64,000 nt of DNA from Octopus bimaculoides (Eukaryota): assembly GCF_001194135.2 (NCBI RefSeq), contig NC_068987.1:27018239-27082238 (forward strand), written 5' to 3'. This document shows, piece after piece, positions 51,241 to 64,000 of this stretch (the first letter of the stretch is position 1; each line of letters starts with the position of its first letter). A model generated the notes under the pieces. It saw only the letters and a list, made by a program, of their open reading frames with translations. It searched no databases and was not told the origin of the DNA. A program made the position numbers and the translations under genes.

Positions 51241-54200
51241 TAATTTTATGATTTTAAACATTAAACTTACAGATTTGAGCCAATATATTTTAAAGATAAA
51301 TGACTACATATCTTTCCTAAGATATGTCTTGTAAATACTTACATTTCCTTTTCCTAATTATATCCTCACTACAGGTGTATTGTTGATACAACATTTGAAA
51401 AACTGTGTCGATGATAATATCCTAAGGTAAGAAGTAAGAATTGTCTAACAAAGAAGCTCACTCCCCAATGTCTATAGCTTCTGGAGAAACCACAGTCTGA
51501 GCTTGTGTTTCAGGACATTACGGATGTAGGGAAAATATCTAATACAGATGATGGAAGGTATGTTTCAACATAACAGCGAAGGCGGTCTGGAAACGAAACA
51601 TTATTATGGAATGTAACTCAGAAATATATATAAACAATTGCCTTCTTTAACTAAGAAATAAGTTTATGAGATTTCAAAAGGAGGTAATCGTCCGTGCATC
51701 TCTTACGAAATGTTAGAGTTGTGCAGTTGTCTGAACGATATTAGCAGCGTGTCAAAGAGGGAGTCTTTACTTGGTACAAATAGTAGTTAAACCACAATGA
51801 ATTCTCTGTCGATAGTTTAGAAAACGAAGAATATATTGAATCATGTTGCCTTGAACAGAAAGAAAGGAACAAGAAAAATTATCTGTCGTAGCTTGAGAGC
51901 ATTTCACGTTGTTTATAATTCTACTTAAACATGGCTGAGGCGTAACTAAATACTACCGTTACCTTCACTCAGCGACAACAGGAAAAACAATTAGAATAAC
52001 TACAGTAAGAAAGAGAAAATATTATACTTACAGTCCTACCAAACTTCAGGTGTCGGAGCAGTATTTGTAGTATAAAAGTCGAGGGGTTGAATCGAGTGGT
52101 AACTGAATTTCATTTGCCGATTCACAGAATCCGAAGAGTTAGCAGCTCATTTAACAGAAAAAAAAAAGACAAATAGCAGGAGCACGACTACAAAGCCAAG
52201 AAAGGAAATGACAAACTCGTGATGCCACTGTTCTTCGTAACACCTTGAAGGTAGTTGTGTATTACATTGAAACGGATATAAGAAAACTAGAAAACAACAA
52301 TTTTAGAAGGACAAAAAGAAAATGCCTCCTTTTGAAGGCTTATATTAAAAAGACAAATCGCAAGAGACAAATCGCAGGACCTGAACTCGCAGTACTACAT
52401 AATCATTTAATATTCGTTTTATTTGTTTATGCATATTTTAGGCAATGCGTATCTCAAATGTCAACAAAGTTAGGGCAACATCAGTTGTATGAGCTGAGAT
52501 ACGTAAAGTAGGTTCGAAAACTTCGGATAGTAATGCCACTAAATATAAAGTGTAATAATTTGGGACGACGAATTCGGCATTCGTTTTCGTTGAGTTTCTC
52601 AAGCAAATGAAAACTTTTTTTTGTTTTGATTAAGAACAGCCATCAGGCGAAATAAGTAAAACATCATGAGCGGTTATTTTTGTTCCCTTGATTAATACGA
52701 ATCAGTCAGTCATTCGTTATGGCTGACTAAGCTAGATTTTATTATTACGAACATCAAATGGTGTCAAGCCTCCAGAATCATTAGATCGTCGGAAGAAATG
52801 CTGTATGAGTTCAAATCATATCAGTGTCAACTCTGTGTTTCATTCTTTAGGTGTCAAAGAAATAAAGCAACAGTCAACATTCTCCAGGTTCTACCTACTT
52901 CGTGCCCTTGTTCAAGGCACAAACTAGGAAATTTAATTCAGTATGTTTTGTTAAACACTCACATCTCAAATCCCATCAGTGTTGTTTTTGAAATTCCCAA
53001 ATTCTAGGTCGTTACAATGTATACTTGTTATATATTGGAGTCAGTTCTCTAGATTGTCTTCTTGCGTAATAACTGCAGATAACTAAATCGCTTTTTACCT
53101 CATCTGTTTCTGCGTTACGCTTCAAAGTTATTCAAGAAGTTAGTGTTTCCTTTTTTAGAAATAAACAAAGCTGGAAATATCTCCCAGAGCAAAAATGGAC
53201 ATGAGTTTTGTTTGCCGAACGAGTGAATGTTTTAATGTGGTTGCGAAGCGAAAGATATATCTTAAATAAATGCAATAAATGGATGAAATATCATTAAGTA
53301 ATTGCTGAAATCCTTCGTTATTTATTGAAAACGATGAATGCAAGTAATACCATTCAATAATTGAGCAAATCTCTCGCTAAGAAAGGTTTAAATTCTCATA
53401 AACGCGATTAAATAAGTGTTTAAATGTATGAGAGGAACACCATAATCTCGTTTNNNNNNNNNNNNNNNNNNNNNNNNNNNNNNNNNNNNNNNNNNNNNNN
53501 NNNNNNNNNNNNNNNNNNNNNNNNNNNNNNNNNNNNNNNNNNNNNNNNNNNNNNNNNNNNNNNNNNNNNNNNNNNNNNNNNNNNNNNNNNNNNNGTTTAA
53601 TAAAATTATATGCTTTTTGAAGCAGTTTACAGTGTCCCCAGAAAGAATTATATGAATGCGAACAATATTTTTATCTTCTCAAAAATAAAGGAAGGAAGCA
53701 AAACATTTCGTTAATATTTTCATTTGAAAGTGTTGGTCTGTTTAAATACTTGTGTTTTACATCACCAGTTCGCACACTTCTGTTCACTATTTTTGTTTTT
53801 ACTTTACTATCGTTATTATATAATTTCTTGTATAATTTCGTTTTCCAGGAAGCATTCGTTCCTCAATATATTTTCACTGAAGACTCTTTTAAATTTAACT
53901 ATTGATAAGGCAAAAGCGTTTGCTTCCATGTATCACTAGAAAAAATGACTCAGAATAATATGTAATGTAATAAAACAAAGTTGTAGTGATGTTTAAATTA
54001 AATTTATGCATCGAAATCATGATTGAAATAGGTGAAATGTAGGTGTACAATTATCTGTGAATTATTACAGGGGTAAACTGATATTTGCAATAACAGAAAA
54101 TAATACTCAGTAGAACTTTAGAAAAGTTTGACATGTATATTTGCATTACCCAAAACTAATAATATTGGCATTTGTATTAAGCGTGTACATTGGCTGTTGC

Positions 54201-55559
54201 ATTTCACAGAATTTCAGTTAACCCCAAATTTATATGCCTCCAGAGAGAATTTGTTAATTTAGTTGCTTCAAATCTGAAACATACAGAACAGATTCAGTAA
54301 GAAAGCAGTTATTTAGCGATGACGATGGGAAAATATTCGGTTTTTGAAGGATCAATCATTTCAAATATATGAGTAAAATTAGGCAGGAAGGGAAGCTATC
54401 ATGTTTTTCTCTCATCGCGTATCCATCTTGTAACAATACTTCCCAAGAATTTTCAAAAGATGAGTAGGTGACTACCAAATAGAAGCTGAACGTTATTCTC
54501 GTAATCGCTTACATTCATTCATTCCTTTTGGTACTCTATGTGTGAAAACACATATTCTTGGTATGACAATAGGAGGAATTGCTTTCCTTAATATTCTTCA
54601 GATCTGTACGGAAGTTTTGATAACAAGTGATTATCGGAGCATAGTGTCCTGAAATGAGAAAGTTCCAATGTCCAAAAATACTTCAAATTTTCGGTGAGTA
54701 GGAATAGATTTAGTGCGGTCAGCATTCAGCAAGGGACAGTTATATGGCTCTTTTTCCCGAGTTCGAAAACTCTTTGAGCTGAATTTGTGAAGAGTAATAT
54801 GCGAAAAAGTTGGAAGCAAACTAAATTGTATAAAGCGGGGTTTTAATTAAATATTGTATGCAGTGGGATCAAACATCTACATCTGCAGAGTTATGCTTAC
54901 ATTTCTTCAAGAATTTAAAAGAGTATATTTAGGAGAATGTGCTTGACAACATTTGGAGCTATTTAAAGTTTACAATTTACTATCTATCCTCCAACAGACA
55001 TCATAGATATCTACGAGAGGAGCCGGAAATTAATACAATTTTTATTTGCATTATTTGTTGACTTAGTACACGCTAAACATGCGTAGCTCCATTCATTTGG
55101 CCCATTCTTTCTATTTATACCAACTTTTTAGAAATTTACTGGGAGGCAACATCTCCCTCTCCACCACCAAATTACTTTCTAAATGGAACTTGAAAATGTT
55201 GATGAGGGCTTGGCCGAAAGAAATTGTCTATCTTCAGTTCATTGGATTGTGTCCACCACACGACTACTTTTGCCGTAGCTACTAGTTATAGGAAAACTAC
55301 CTGCTTTTTCCAGACAAAGGAAAGTGTTAGTAGATAACTCATACGCACAAAACGGTTGTGAAAGGACACTAATGACGGAACGAGTATGTGAATTGAAAAG
55401 GCTAAATTTAATCAGACGTCTAATCATTTACCGTTGTATATTAAAGCTAAAGTTGGATCAATAAGTAAAGAGGAGTAAGACGCAGCAAACATGCGTTAAT
55501 ATATGAAGAAGGCGCTGTCAGCTTTCACTATATCTGTTCAACCTTACTCTCAGCGTAAT

Positions 55560-56090
55560 TCTGGGTAAGATCGACCACATTTCTCATCATTTACTCCCAG
55601 TTCTTGTCCCCACTTTGGTATAGAAGTAACAAAATCCCAAGCAATTTAACCACTTTGTTCGTCCAGTGCTCCACGACGCATTTGGGTGCTATATTACGTT
55701 CCTACGCATACCTTGCTGCAATCTCACTAACTTTTCTTGGTTGATTTTGTCACCGCCTCAAAGTGCCATAAAGATGTGCCGATCGCATGGATGTGACTCG
55801 TGATAGACACTATGATGGAGATACCGTTCGCCTTTGCCCACATGAATTTTCTGCATCCTAGCTCGTGTGAGGTGCCCTTAAATGTCTCTAGATCCCATGA
55901 TATTAGCTGAAGTGTCAGTACTTACATAAGTGAGGAGAGGAGAGAAGTGCATGATACTGAATGTTTCTGTTAGATGGCCATCCACCCTAACTATTGAGCA
56001 GATGTCGCTGTACATTGCAGTGATAAGGTTGTTTGTCAGTCTACCACACATATAAGCATTCATTTGCTTATTCAAGCGTGCAACATATTT
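55560..56090 (-). mobile_element. Decayed RTE LINE fragment(s)
   Basis: LITAMYSDICSIVRVDGHLTETF..FSPLL resembles RTE RT (AMYxxxxSxVRVxxxxSxxF..QGSxLSPLLF); further C-terminal remnants at 55740-55870. Confidence 0.6.
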
Positions 56091-56759
56091 GACCAATGTA
56101 TGGTGATTAACAAATACGTTGTTATATAAAAGGATGAGAGGGGCAGAGTCGTAAAATACGTGTATAAATATACACAAAGTTTAAAAACTGATACTAATAT
56201 ATGCTTAGAATAAATAAACACCCTCATACAAATACCTTCCCGACCCTCCCGCACACATACATTGTAAAATTTTGTAGATTTAAATCTTCGCTTTATTTTG
56301 TGTGAAAATAGTTTCCTTTATTCCCTTGGGGGAGTATGATAACAGTATATATATATGTATATATTCCAACGGCTATAAATTATTTTTAATAACATTTAAT
56401 GGAATCTATCCACCATGTTTTATTTCATTTTGATGTAAATTAGAGTACTTTTTGTAGAAGAATAAATATGATTTACAATAGTACACTTTAATATAGACTT
56501 AATATTTTCACTGTAACCGGCACATAACAGTTCTAATTTAAGGATCACTGAACAATGATGTTGCATGATGTAAACATTTCTCTCAGAATGTGTTATAGTC
56601 TCATTTGGTCACCTTTTCACTATTTCATTCAATGCCTAAAGCTCAAATATACAACAGATATTTGTCAACCAACTTAACACCTTACTACCATAGAGAAGAC
56701 TTTCAAGAAAATTAGTTGTAATTTCTACCTGTCATGACTTGAGTTATTCATACAGATAA

Positions 56760-56970
56760 TATTTTCTACTCTAAGCACAAGAATCGAAATTTTGTTGGAG
56801 AGGGCCAGTCAATTAGATCGACCCCAGTACACAATTGGTCCTTAATTTATCGACCCCGAAAGGATGAAAGGCAAAGTTTCCCTCGGCGGAATTTGAACTC
56901 AAAACGTAAAGACAGACGAAATACCGCTAAGCATTTCGCCTGGCGTGTTAAAGTTTCTGCCAGCTTAGGT
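56760..56970 (-). mobile_element. SINE family A
   Basis: atcgaccccgaaaggatgaaaggcaaag..ggcggaatttgaactc..gacagacgaaataccgctaagcatttcgcc. Confidence 0.9.
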
Positions 56971-58123
56971 AATCATTGATAGGTTTAGATACCACCCAGT
57001 CTATGATTATTTGCGGTGCTGCTCCTAGCAAGTAGCTGGGATCATGCTATCCTCACTTAGGCATGCCTCTCCTTCTCCAGTAACATTTGTATTTAATGCA
57101 GCAACTCAGCACCAAACGTTACGTCCACTCCTTCCCAGAACGTCGGCTCTCTGTAGTTCAACCCCTGCTGATATCAGATTTGCAGGTTTCTATATACGAA
57201 CATTAATGACATCGAACGCACTAGTCTGAGTCATAAGAGCAATCTACTTTCTCCTAACCAATCAAATATAAGATCTGCAGTTGCTATTTATTGCAAAACA
57301 CCATATCTCACGGTCTCCACTGCATTCGCGTTTTAATTCATTCTAACTCATTTCTGACTTAAATTCTAGTAGTTGTGTCATATGCTTCTCTGACCGCAGT
57401 CACTTTCTTTTCTCGCCCTGAGAGTAGATTTGATTAATTAAAATTTGTTGACTTCTAGGATTATAAAGTAGCATCCAATTATTAATTAGTCCTAATTTCC
57501 TAAGTTTAAATATGTGTGCTGCAGCAAGTCACTTGGACGTTCTATGTAGCAGTGCTATATAACTAAATTATGTTGTTATCTTGCAGTACTTATTAGAAAT
57601 TTTCTTATGGAAATGAGCCAATGGAATCGCACATAAATCAAAGTAAATTCCATAACGACAAAATCAAACGGTAAATAAACATGAAAAGAAAATGCAGCAG
57701 TTCAGTGCCAACTATGTTGCAGCGATACTATTATCAAATCAAGAGAATTCGAAGAAAGAATGGAATAATAAATATGATTGTTGTACGCGATAACAACACT
57801 ATAACTAAAGGTTCAATTAATTATTCTGTTGAAACACTACAGGAGAAACTATAAGGTTTATAAAGTCACGTATACTCTAAGGAAATGAAATCAGTATGAA
57901 CTGAAGGAAAATATTATCTCCGATTAAAACCTAGAAGGTAGAAACAAATAAAAATTTACGATAACAAGAGACGTTGAAGAAGAATATGAGCACATTTTTC
58001 GTGAAACTTAATGACTGCTTATACATACAGACATGCATACATACATACATACATACATACATACACATACACATACACACACACGCACGCGCACGCATAC
58101 ACACACACACACACTCACACACA

Positions 58124-58159
<36 letters not shown>

Positions 58160-58164
<5 letters not shown>

Positions 58165-58445
58165 AGGCGCAATGGCCCAGTGGTTAGGGCAGCGGACTTG
58201 CGGTCATANNNNNNNNNNNNNNNNNNNNNNNNNNNNNNNNNGATCGCGGTTTCGATTCCCAGACCGAGCATTGTGAGTGTTTATTGAGCGAAAACACCTA
58301 AAGCTCCACGAGGCTCCGGCAGGGGATGGTGGTGAACCATGCTGTACTCTTCCACCACAACTTTCTCTCACTCTTACTTCCTGTTTTTGTTGTGCCTGTA
58401 ATTCAAAGGGTCAGCCTTGTCACCCTGTGTCACGCTGAACATCCC
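58160..58445 (+). mobile_element. tRNA-derived SINE family E
   Basis: Head gaggcgcaatggcccagtggttagggcagcggact..ggtttcgattcccagacc (A and B boxes), followed by a non-tRNA body. Confidence 0.8.
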
Positions 58446-59829
58446 ACCTACTTTATTTCCAATTCAAACTCACTGATGTTATTGACACAAAAACAAAATT
58501 CTAGAATTAAGCCCCACTCAAAATGTGTACCAGTACCAGCACCAGTACCAAATATTGCTTGAACCAGATACTTGGTAAACTGCAAAGACGTTGCGAAATA
58601 TGAGGCCTGGCTATAAGTAACGCATTTCAAAAAGGTACATGAAGTTACCGAATAAAAAAACATCAGTTGCCAGTTATGGCAGTTCACCAATCACTCGTCT
58701 AAAAAACAAAACAAAAACAAAACAAAACATGAAGAACTCTTCCAAAAGTTGCTTTTTGTTGCTATCACATTTCAGAGGGGGTAAAACCTCCGTTACTTGA
58801 GAGGCAATCGTTAGGTAAATATCTAGGTATGTTGCTAGCCTCATCACGTCAATATCTGCGAAAATTTCAAGTTCTCTACCGATGAAAAGAAAAATGCTCC
58901 TTGGACAATTTCTCTATCTGCATACATAAACTCACTGTAAAGCAGATCCAGTTCGCCAAATGCTGTTAATATCACCCCGCCGATTCTGTTCAGTCACTGC
59001 ATGTTGAAGTAAAACAAAAATCATGTCACCAGAGGCATAATCTTTTGAAGTCGTTATAAGAAATGCGAGAATTTGAAAAAAATTCTCGCTTCCTTTATTA
59101 AAACTATATNNNNNNNNNNNNNNNNNNNNNNNNNNNNNNNNNNNNNNNNNNNNNNNNNNNNNNNNNNNNNNNNNNNNNNNNNNNNNNNNNNNNNNNNNNN
59201 NNNNNNNNNNNNNNNNNNNNNNNNNNNNNNNNNNNNNNNNNNNNNNNNNNNNNNNNNNNNNNNNNNNNNNNNNNNNNNNNNNNNNNNNNNNNNNNNNNNN
59301 NNNNNNNNNNNNNNNNNNNNNNNNNNNNNNNNNNNNNNNNNNNNNNNNNNNNNNNNNNNNNNNNNNNNNNNNNNNNNNNNNNNNNNNNNNNNNNNNNNNN
59401 NNNNNNNNNNNNNNNNNNNNNNNNNNNNNNNNNNNNNNNNNNNNATAAATATATATAATTAACAATTCACTTAAATTGAATGAACCCAATGGATAATGGT
59501 ATTTCTATGATTTCAATACTTGAACTGCTTCCGTTTTTCTTCCATGTCATCATCTCCTCTCTTATACCATGGGATACAAATTATAGTTTCAACATTGCTA
59601 CACGCTTATGCTGGTTGAATTTCAAACTATTTCCAATATGGGCACGCGACTTGTCTTTGTCCTTCTCCGAGAAGCGGTTGAACAGGAGCATTTTGTTGGT
59701 AAAATTTCAATATCATTCTTATTGTAGTTTTTGTTAACTAATATCTATCAGCTATGCCATTATCTTCTATAGCACGAATTTGCTACAGAGACACATGCAC
59801 CAGAACACACACCTGTATCTTTTATCTTT

Positions 59830-60190
59830 TTTTACTTGTTTTAGTCATTAGACTGCGGCCATGCTCGAGCCCCGCTTTGATTTTTTTTTTAGTCGTATGA
59901 ATAGACTTCAGTACATTTTTAATGCCTGGCACTTATTCTATCGGTCACTTTTGCCGAATCACTAAGCTACGAAGATGCAAACACCACGGAGGCGGAAGGA
60001 AAAACACCCACACGCACACATACATATACATACATAGATAAACGACGGTCTTCTTACAGTTTTCGTTTATCACTCTACTAAATCCATTCACGAGGCTTTG
60101 GTTGGTTCGAGTCTACAGTAGTAGAAGCTCTTTGATCACGTTGCCACGCAGTGCGACTGAACCTTCTTACCACACAGCCACGCCCACATA
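59830..60190. mobile_element. SINE family C (59830-60000) followed by SINE family B (60040-60190, minus strand)
   Basis: ttagtcattagactgcggccatgct..cacttattctatcggtc..ttgccgaa; then tactaaatccattcacgaggc..ccacgcagtgcgactgaa..cttaccacacagccacgcc. Confidence 0.75.
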
Positions 60191-60329
60191 AGTTAGAGGT
60201 AACAGATAGTACCAAAGTACATACTTCTCTGCAAATATCAACTTGATACAGGTTTCACTGAAAGCACTTTTGTCATGTTATTTGCATAGTTTGTGTAGCT
60301 TACAAAGGATAAGGGTTAATATTATCAGT

Positions 60330-60715
60330 TGAGAGAATCGTTAGCAAGCCGGGCAAGATGCTTTGCGACATTTAGTCCGTCTTTACGTTCTGATTTCAAA
60401 TTCCGGCAAGGTGGACTTTGCCTTTCATCCTTTCGGGGTCGATAAAATAAGCACCAATTGAACACTTGAAATCCATCGATTTAACCCTCCTACAAACCTG
60501 CCAGCCTTGTGCCAACATTTGGAACCATTATTAATTGGCGTATTTCGTCCGTCTTTACGTTTGGAGTCAGTTCAAATTCCGCCGGAGTTGACTTTGCCGT
60601 TCACCCTATCGGGACCAATAAAATAAGTAGTAGTCGAACACTGGGGTTGATGCAATCGCTTTACCCACTCCCTGTAGATTTTCTGGCCATGCGCCAACAT
60701 TTTAAACCAATGTTA
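60330..60715 (+). mobile_element. Two tandem SINE family A copies
   Basis: The core (gtccgtctttacgtt..aaattcc..gactttgcc..ataaaataag) appears twice, at about 60330-60520 and 60530-60715. Confidence 0.8.
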
Positions 60716-62954
60716 TTAATACGGATGTTAATGTTCCTATATTGCTTATTTATTCAACAAGCGCCTCTAATGTATGTATATTCTGGTTTTCATAGAATTT
60801 CTGTGAAACATTAAAATTCAAGAGATGTCTAATTCATTTTCGCATAAGAACTACGGATATTTTGCACATAGTATTTATAATCTTCTCCAAACTCACTTCT
60901 CATGTTCCTTTTCTCTCATTCCTAGTTCGGTATTATATGTATAGTATGTCTGGCCGACCTTGCTCCTTTCAAACCTAGTAAGGCAAACAGAAGAATTCAG
61001 ATTTCTCTTTATTTCCTTTTGTTCTGTTATTTGTCGATTTTCGAATCTACTTTTGCTATGTTATTAACGTTCAGCTTATCTTCATATTTATTTCATTCCT
61101 TTGTTCCGAATATCAAGTGGTCGAGTTACAAGCATTTCTTCAATTCTACTCCTATGAAATTTCTTTCTTAAATATCTTCCAATTATTCTATTTATTCATA
61201 TGAATTATTGAGTAGCCTTATTGCTTTAAGAGGAAATATCAATGTCGCCAAAACCAAATCAGAATTACTCTAGGATTGAAAACATTGGATGCTGAATCAT
61301 TACATTAGTCACAATACCACTGCCTGAACACTCACTTTTCTTTTCTTCTCAATCTAATTCTGAATCTTCTTTTAATAAAATCACGTATAATACCTCTAAT
61401 ATCAATAGATATATACCTTACGCATTTTAATGCTTTTCTGTAACTACACACGTTTTCTATTAAATTGTGAATACGCAAAAATTTAGCTAACCTTTATTCA
61501 CTTATTGGCCATGCTGCAGCACCGCCTTCAAATGTAAAATTAATCAAATTAACTCCAGTACGTGACTACGACATAACTTTTCGATCTCGGAAGAACCGAA
61601 TCAAAGAGATGTTGGGGACATTTGAGCTCAAGTATAACGAAATATCAGTAGATAACATGTATTTGTTTTTTTGTCTGAGAGTCTACAAATGGGAGAGAGT
61701 ATAAGCTATCGTCTGAACCGCTAGAAATAACATGTAAATCACATACAAATCTGACACACTCCCGTCTTTAGTGAAGAAAAGCTCAGTGCATGAGAAACGA
61801 AAAGAACAATGTCCTATTGCAGTGCGGCTAGAAAACTGATGGAATGGTCACGGCTGGAATATCTTTTATTATAAGTCTTCTCGATGAGATATAATCCAGG
61901 CTCAATCACAATAAGCAAAACCGTATTCTCCTGTTTCTAAAAGAAAACCTAAACATCTCCAAGTGCGACATACCATACACCCAACTGTTACATTGCTTCC
62001 TTAAACACATTTATTGGATTATTGGCATATTTTCTCCTGACATAAATTTTATGACTGAAAACTTATTCCATTAATTCCACTTCAAGATCTCTAAATGTTC
62101 CTCATTACTGTTATTAAACTGAGTCAGACATATCCATTTTCCTGAAAAATACAAATATAAATGGACTAGGGATTAATATTGGAGTGGTATAACAGAGGCA
62201 CCAGAACACACATTTGCATGCAGGGTAAGAATATAATTGATTGAATGGATTCCGAACATTATTGATACTTAAAAGGTCCAGAGAGAGATATAAGGCAAAT
62301 TTCAATCCTGTCAGGTTAGAACTATTGATTTATCATTTAATCAGTGTTATTGATGTATTCAATACTGCATCATATTTGTTCATCTATGCTCGAAAAAGTT
62401 TCAATGCAGTAGACAGCAAAAACAATGAGTCTTTTGAAAAATCCTTTCCGATATTGAATTGTTAATCTCCTTTACATTGTGAGGTGAAGCGAGAATTAAA
62501 ATATACTGAGCGCCTGTTTATCGATTATCTTCTCCTTTATTTGTTTGTGGATTTCAGATCACATTCTGTTAAGGAAAGGACAATTGCACGTAAAAACACG
62601 TAACTTACTAACATCTGCATTGAAGAATTTGTGGCACTCTTCTCGGACAAAAATCATACAATTATTATTTCTGTTGCATGCATTCACTATGAATCCGACT
62701 GCAGCTATGTGCATTCAGGTAAGAAGTAGTGATTTCTTTCACTTGTATTTAAAGTAGTGAACGACTCCAGTTCAATTCCGAGACTATGCATATTATTTTA
62801 TCTTTGAACAGACACCTAATTTTCCACTTTTTATTATATTTAACTGTAAAGAGCACAATTAAGGTGCCAATGTAATCCACTTCACCACCAGCTGTCACGT
62901 TCTACTTATTCCGTTGAAATTTAGAAAGTGACTACGTTTGCTCACACCTACATA

Positions 62955-64000
62955 CATGGGTCGTTTGAAAAGTTCAAAGGCTGATCAAGACACTCTAATG
63001 TGATGTAATGAAATAATGTTTATGTTACAACATACTCCCTCTTGCAATCCACACACTTCTTCCTTCGGTATTGCAATGCTGGATCAACCTAGAGAAGGTG
63101 CTTCCATCTTGTCGGTCAAAAAGGTAAAGAGCAGCAGATATGGCGTCATCATCACTACCATACTGACTACCATCCAAGTGCTTCTTCATGTTGGGGAACA
63201 AACGATAGTTAGATGATTCCAATCAGGAGAATAAGGCGGGTGATCAACTAGTTTAAAGTAGCCATGGAAACCAAGGAATTATGTGCTGGCGCATTGTTTT
63301 CATAAAACAAGATGCCTTTCGCCAGTTTTTTTTCTGGGTATTTGATCTTGATAGCCTTTCGTAGTTGCCTTAATACATTAGCGAAGTGCTCTTCATTGAT
63401 GATATGGCCCTTTTGAAGATAGCCAATAAATACAGTTCCTTTTGCATTCTAAAAAACTGAGGATAATTCCTTCCCTTGAGATGAAACGTCCTTGGCCTTC
63501 TTTGTAGTAGGTGCAGAGGTGTGTCTCCACTGCATGGATCACCTCTTAATTTCTGACTAAAAGTGATATATCCAATACTCATCCTGGATTAGGGAACGTT
63601 CAAGGAAGCCAACTGGATCTGCCAGAAACAATATCAGATTTTTCCGTGATGTGGTGAGCCTTTTGATCAAGTGCCAGAAGACGTACATCCACCGAGCAGA
63701 AATCTTCGTCATGCCACATTCATTACGAAGAATATTCTCAACTCTCCCGTGGGTTATGCTAGTAGCATTGGCTGTTTGATTTATCATCTGTTACCTGTCA
63801 TCTAGTATCTTGTGGTGAACAAAGCCAATGTTTTTCTCACTGGTGACAATGCAGGACGTTCCTAAATTCAGCTGCCCACTTTTTAACTGTTGATAAATAT
63901 GGAGCGTTATCTCTTAATATAGCAACCAAGTCAGCATAAATGTTCATGGGGTTAAATCCTTTTTCTGCAGATATTTGATAACACAACTGATCAAATTCTG
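62955..64000 (-). mobile_element. Decayed mariner transposon extending past the window end
   Basis: TIR-like tacatgggtcgtttgaaaagttc at about 62953. Minus-strand GMTKISARW, FLERSLIQDEYWIYHF, HPPYSPD and NMKKHLDGSQYGSDDD (mariner DD34D signature regions). Confidence 0.88.

Noticed and set aside
58160-58265. Possible tRNA gene
   Set aside because: It continues into a non-tRNA body, so it is a SINE head; it is also interrupted by Ns.
63264-63277. X-box-like GTAGCCATGGAAAC
   Set aside because: It falls inside decayed mariner coding sequence and deviates from the consensus; likely chance.

Overview
AT-rich eukaryotic genomic DNA from a short-read assembly, with about 11 N-gaps, most flanked by microsatellites. 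The SINE families, dense (AT)n/(GT)n/(AAT)n/(ATC)n repeats and transposon content look like an octopus (coleoid cephalopod) genome; this is recognition from memory, not a database result. I found no intact protein-coding gene, rRNA, functional tRNA, CRISPR array or long ORF. The long ORFs in the track come from N-gaps or simple repeats. The window is mostly decayed transposable elements: two R4/Dong-clade non-LTR retrotransposon fragments, several Penelope-like (GIY-YIG/RT) remnants, RTE/CR1-like remnants, a near full-length decayed Tc1, three mariner-type remnants, a MITE-like fold-back and more than 20 tRNA-derived SINEs. Between them lie TE-poor unique blocks with candidate regulatory motifs, including a perfect RFX X-box, and a few isolated exon candidates. 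The most interesting signals are: (1) a Penelope-like element with inverted pLTR ends, an embedded tRNA-like Pol III head and a degenerate minimal hammerhead motif; (2) a pre-miRNA-sized hairpin; (3) several fold-back structures that could be ADAR substrates. None of these is proven to be a new system. Most coordinates for decayed elements are approximate.
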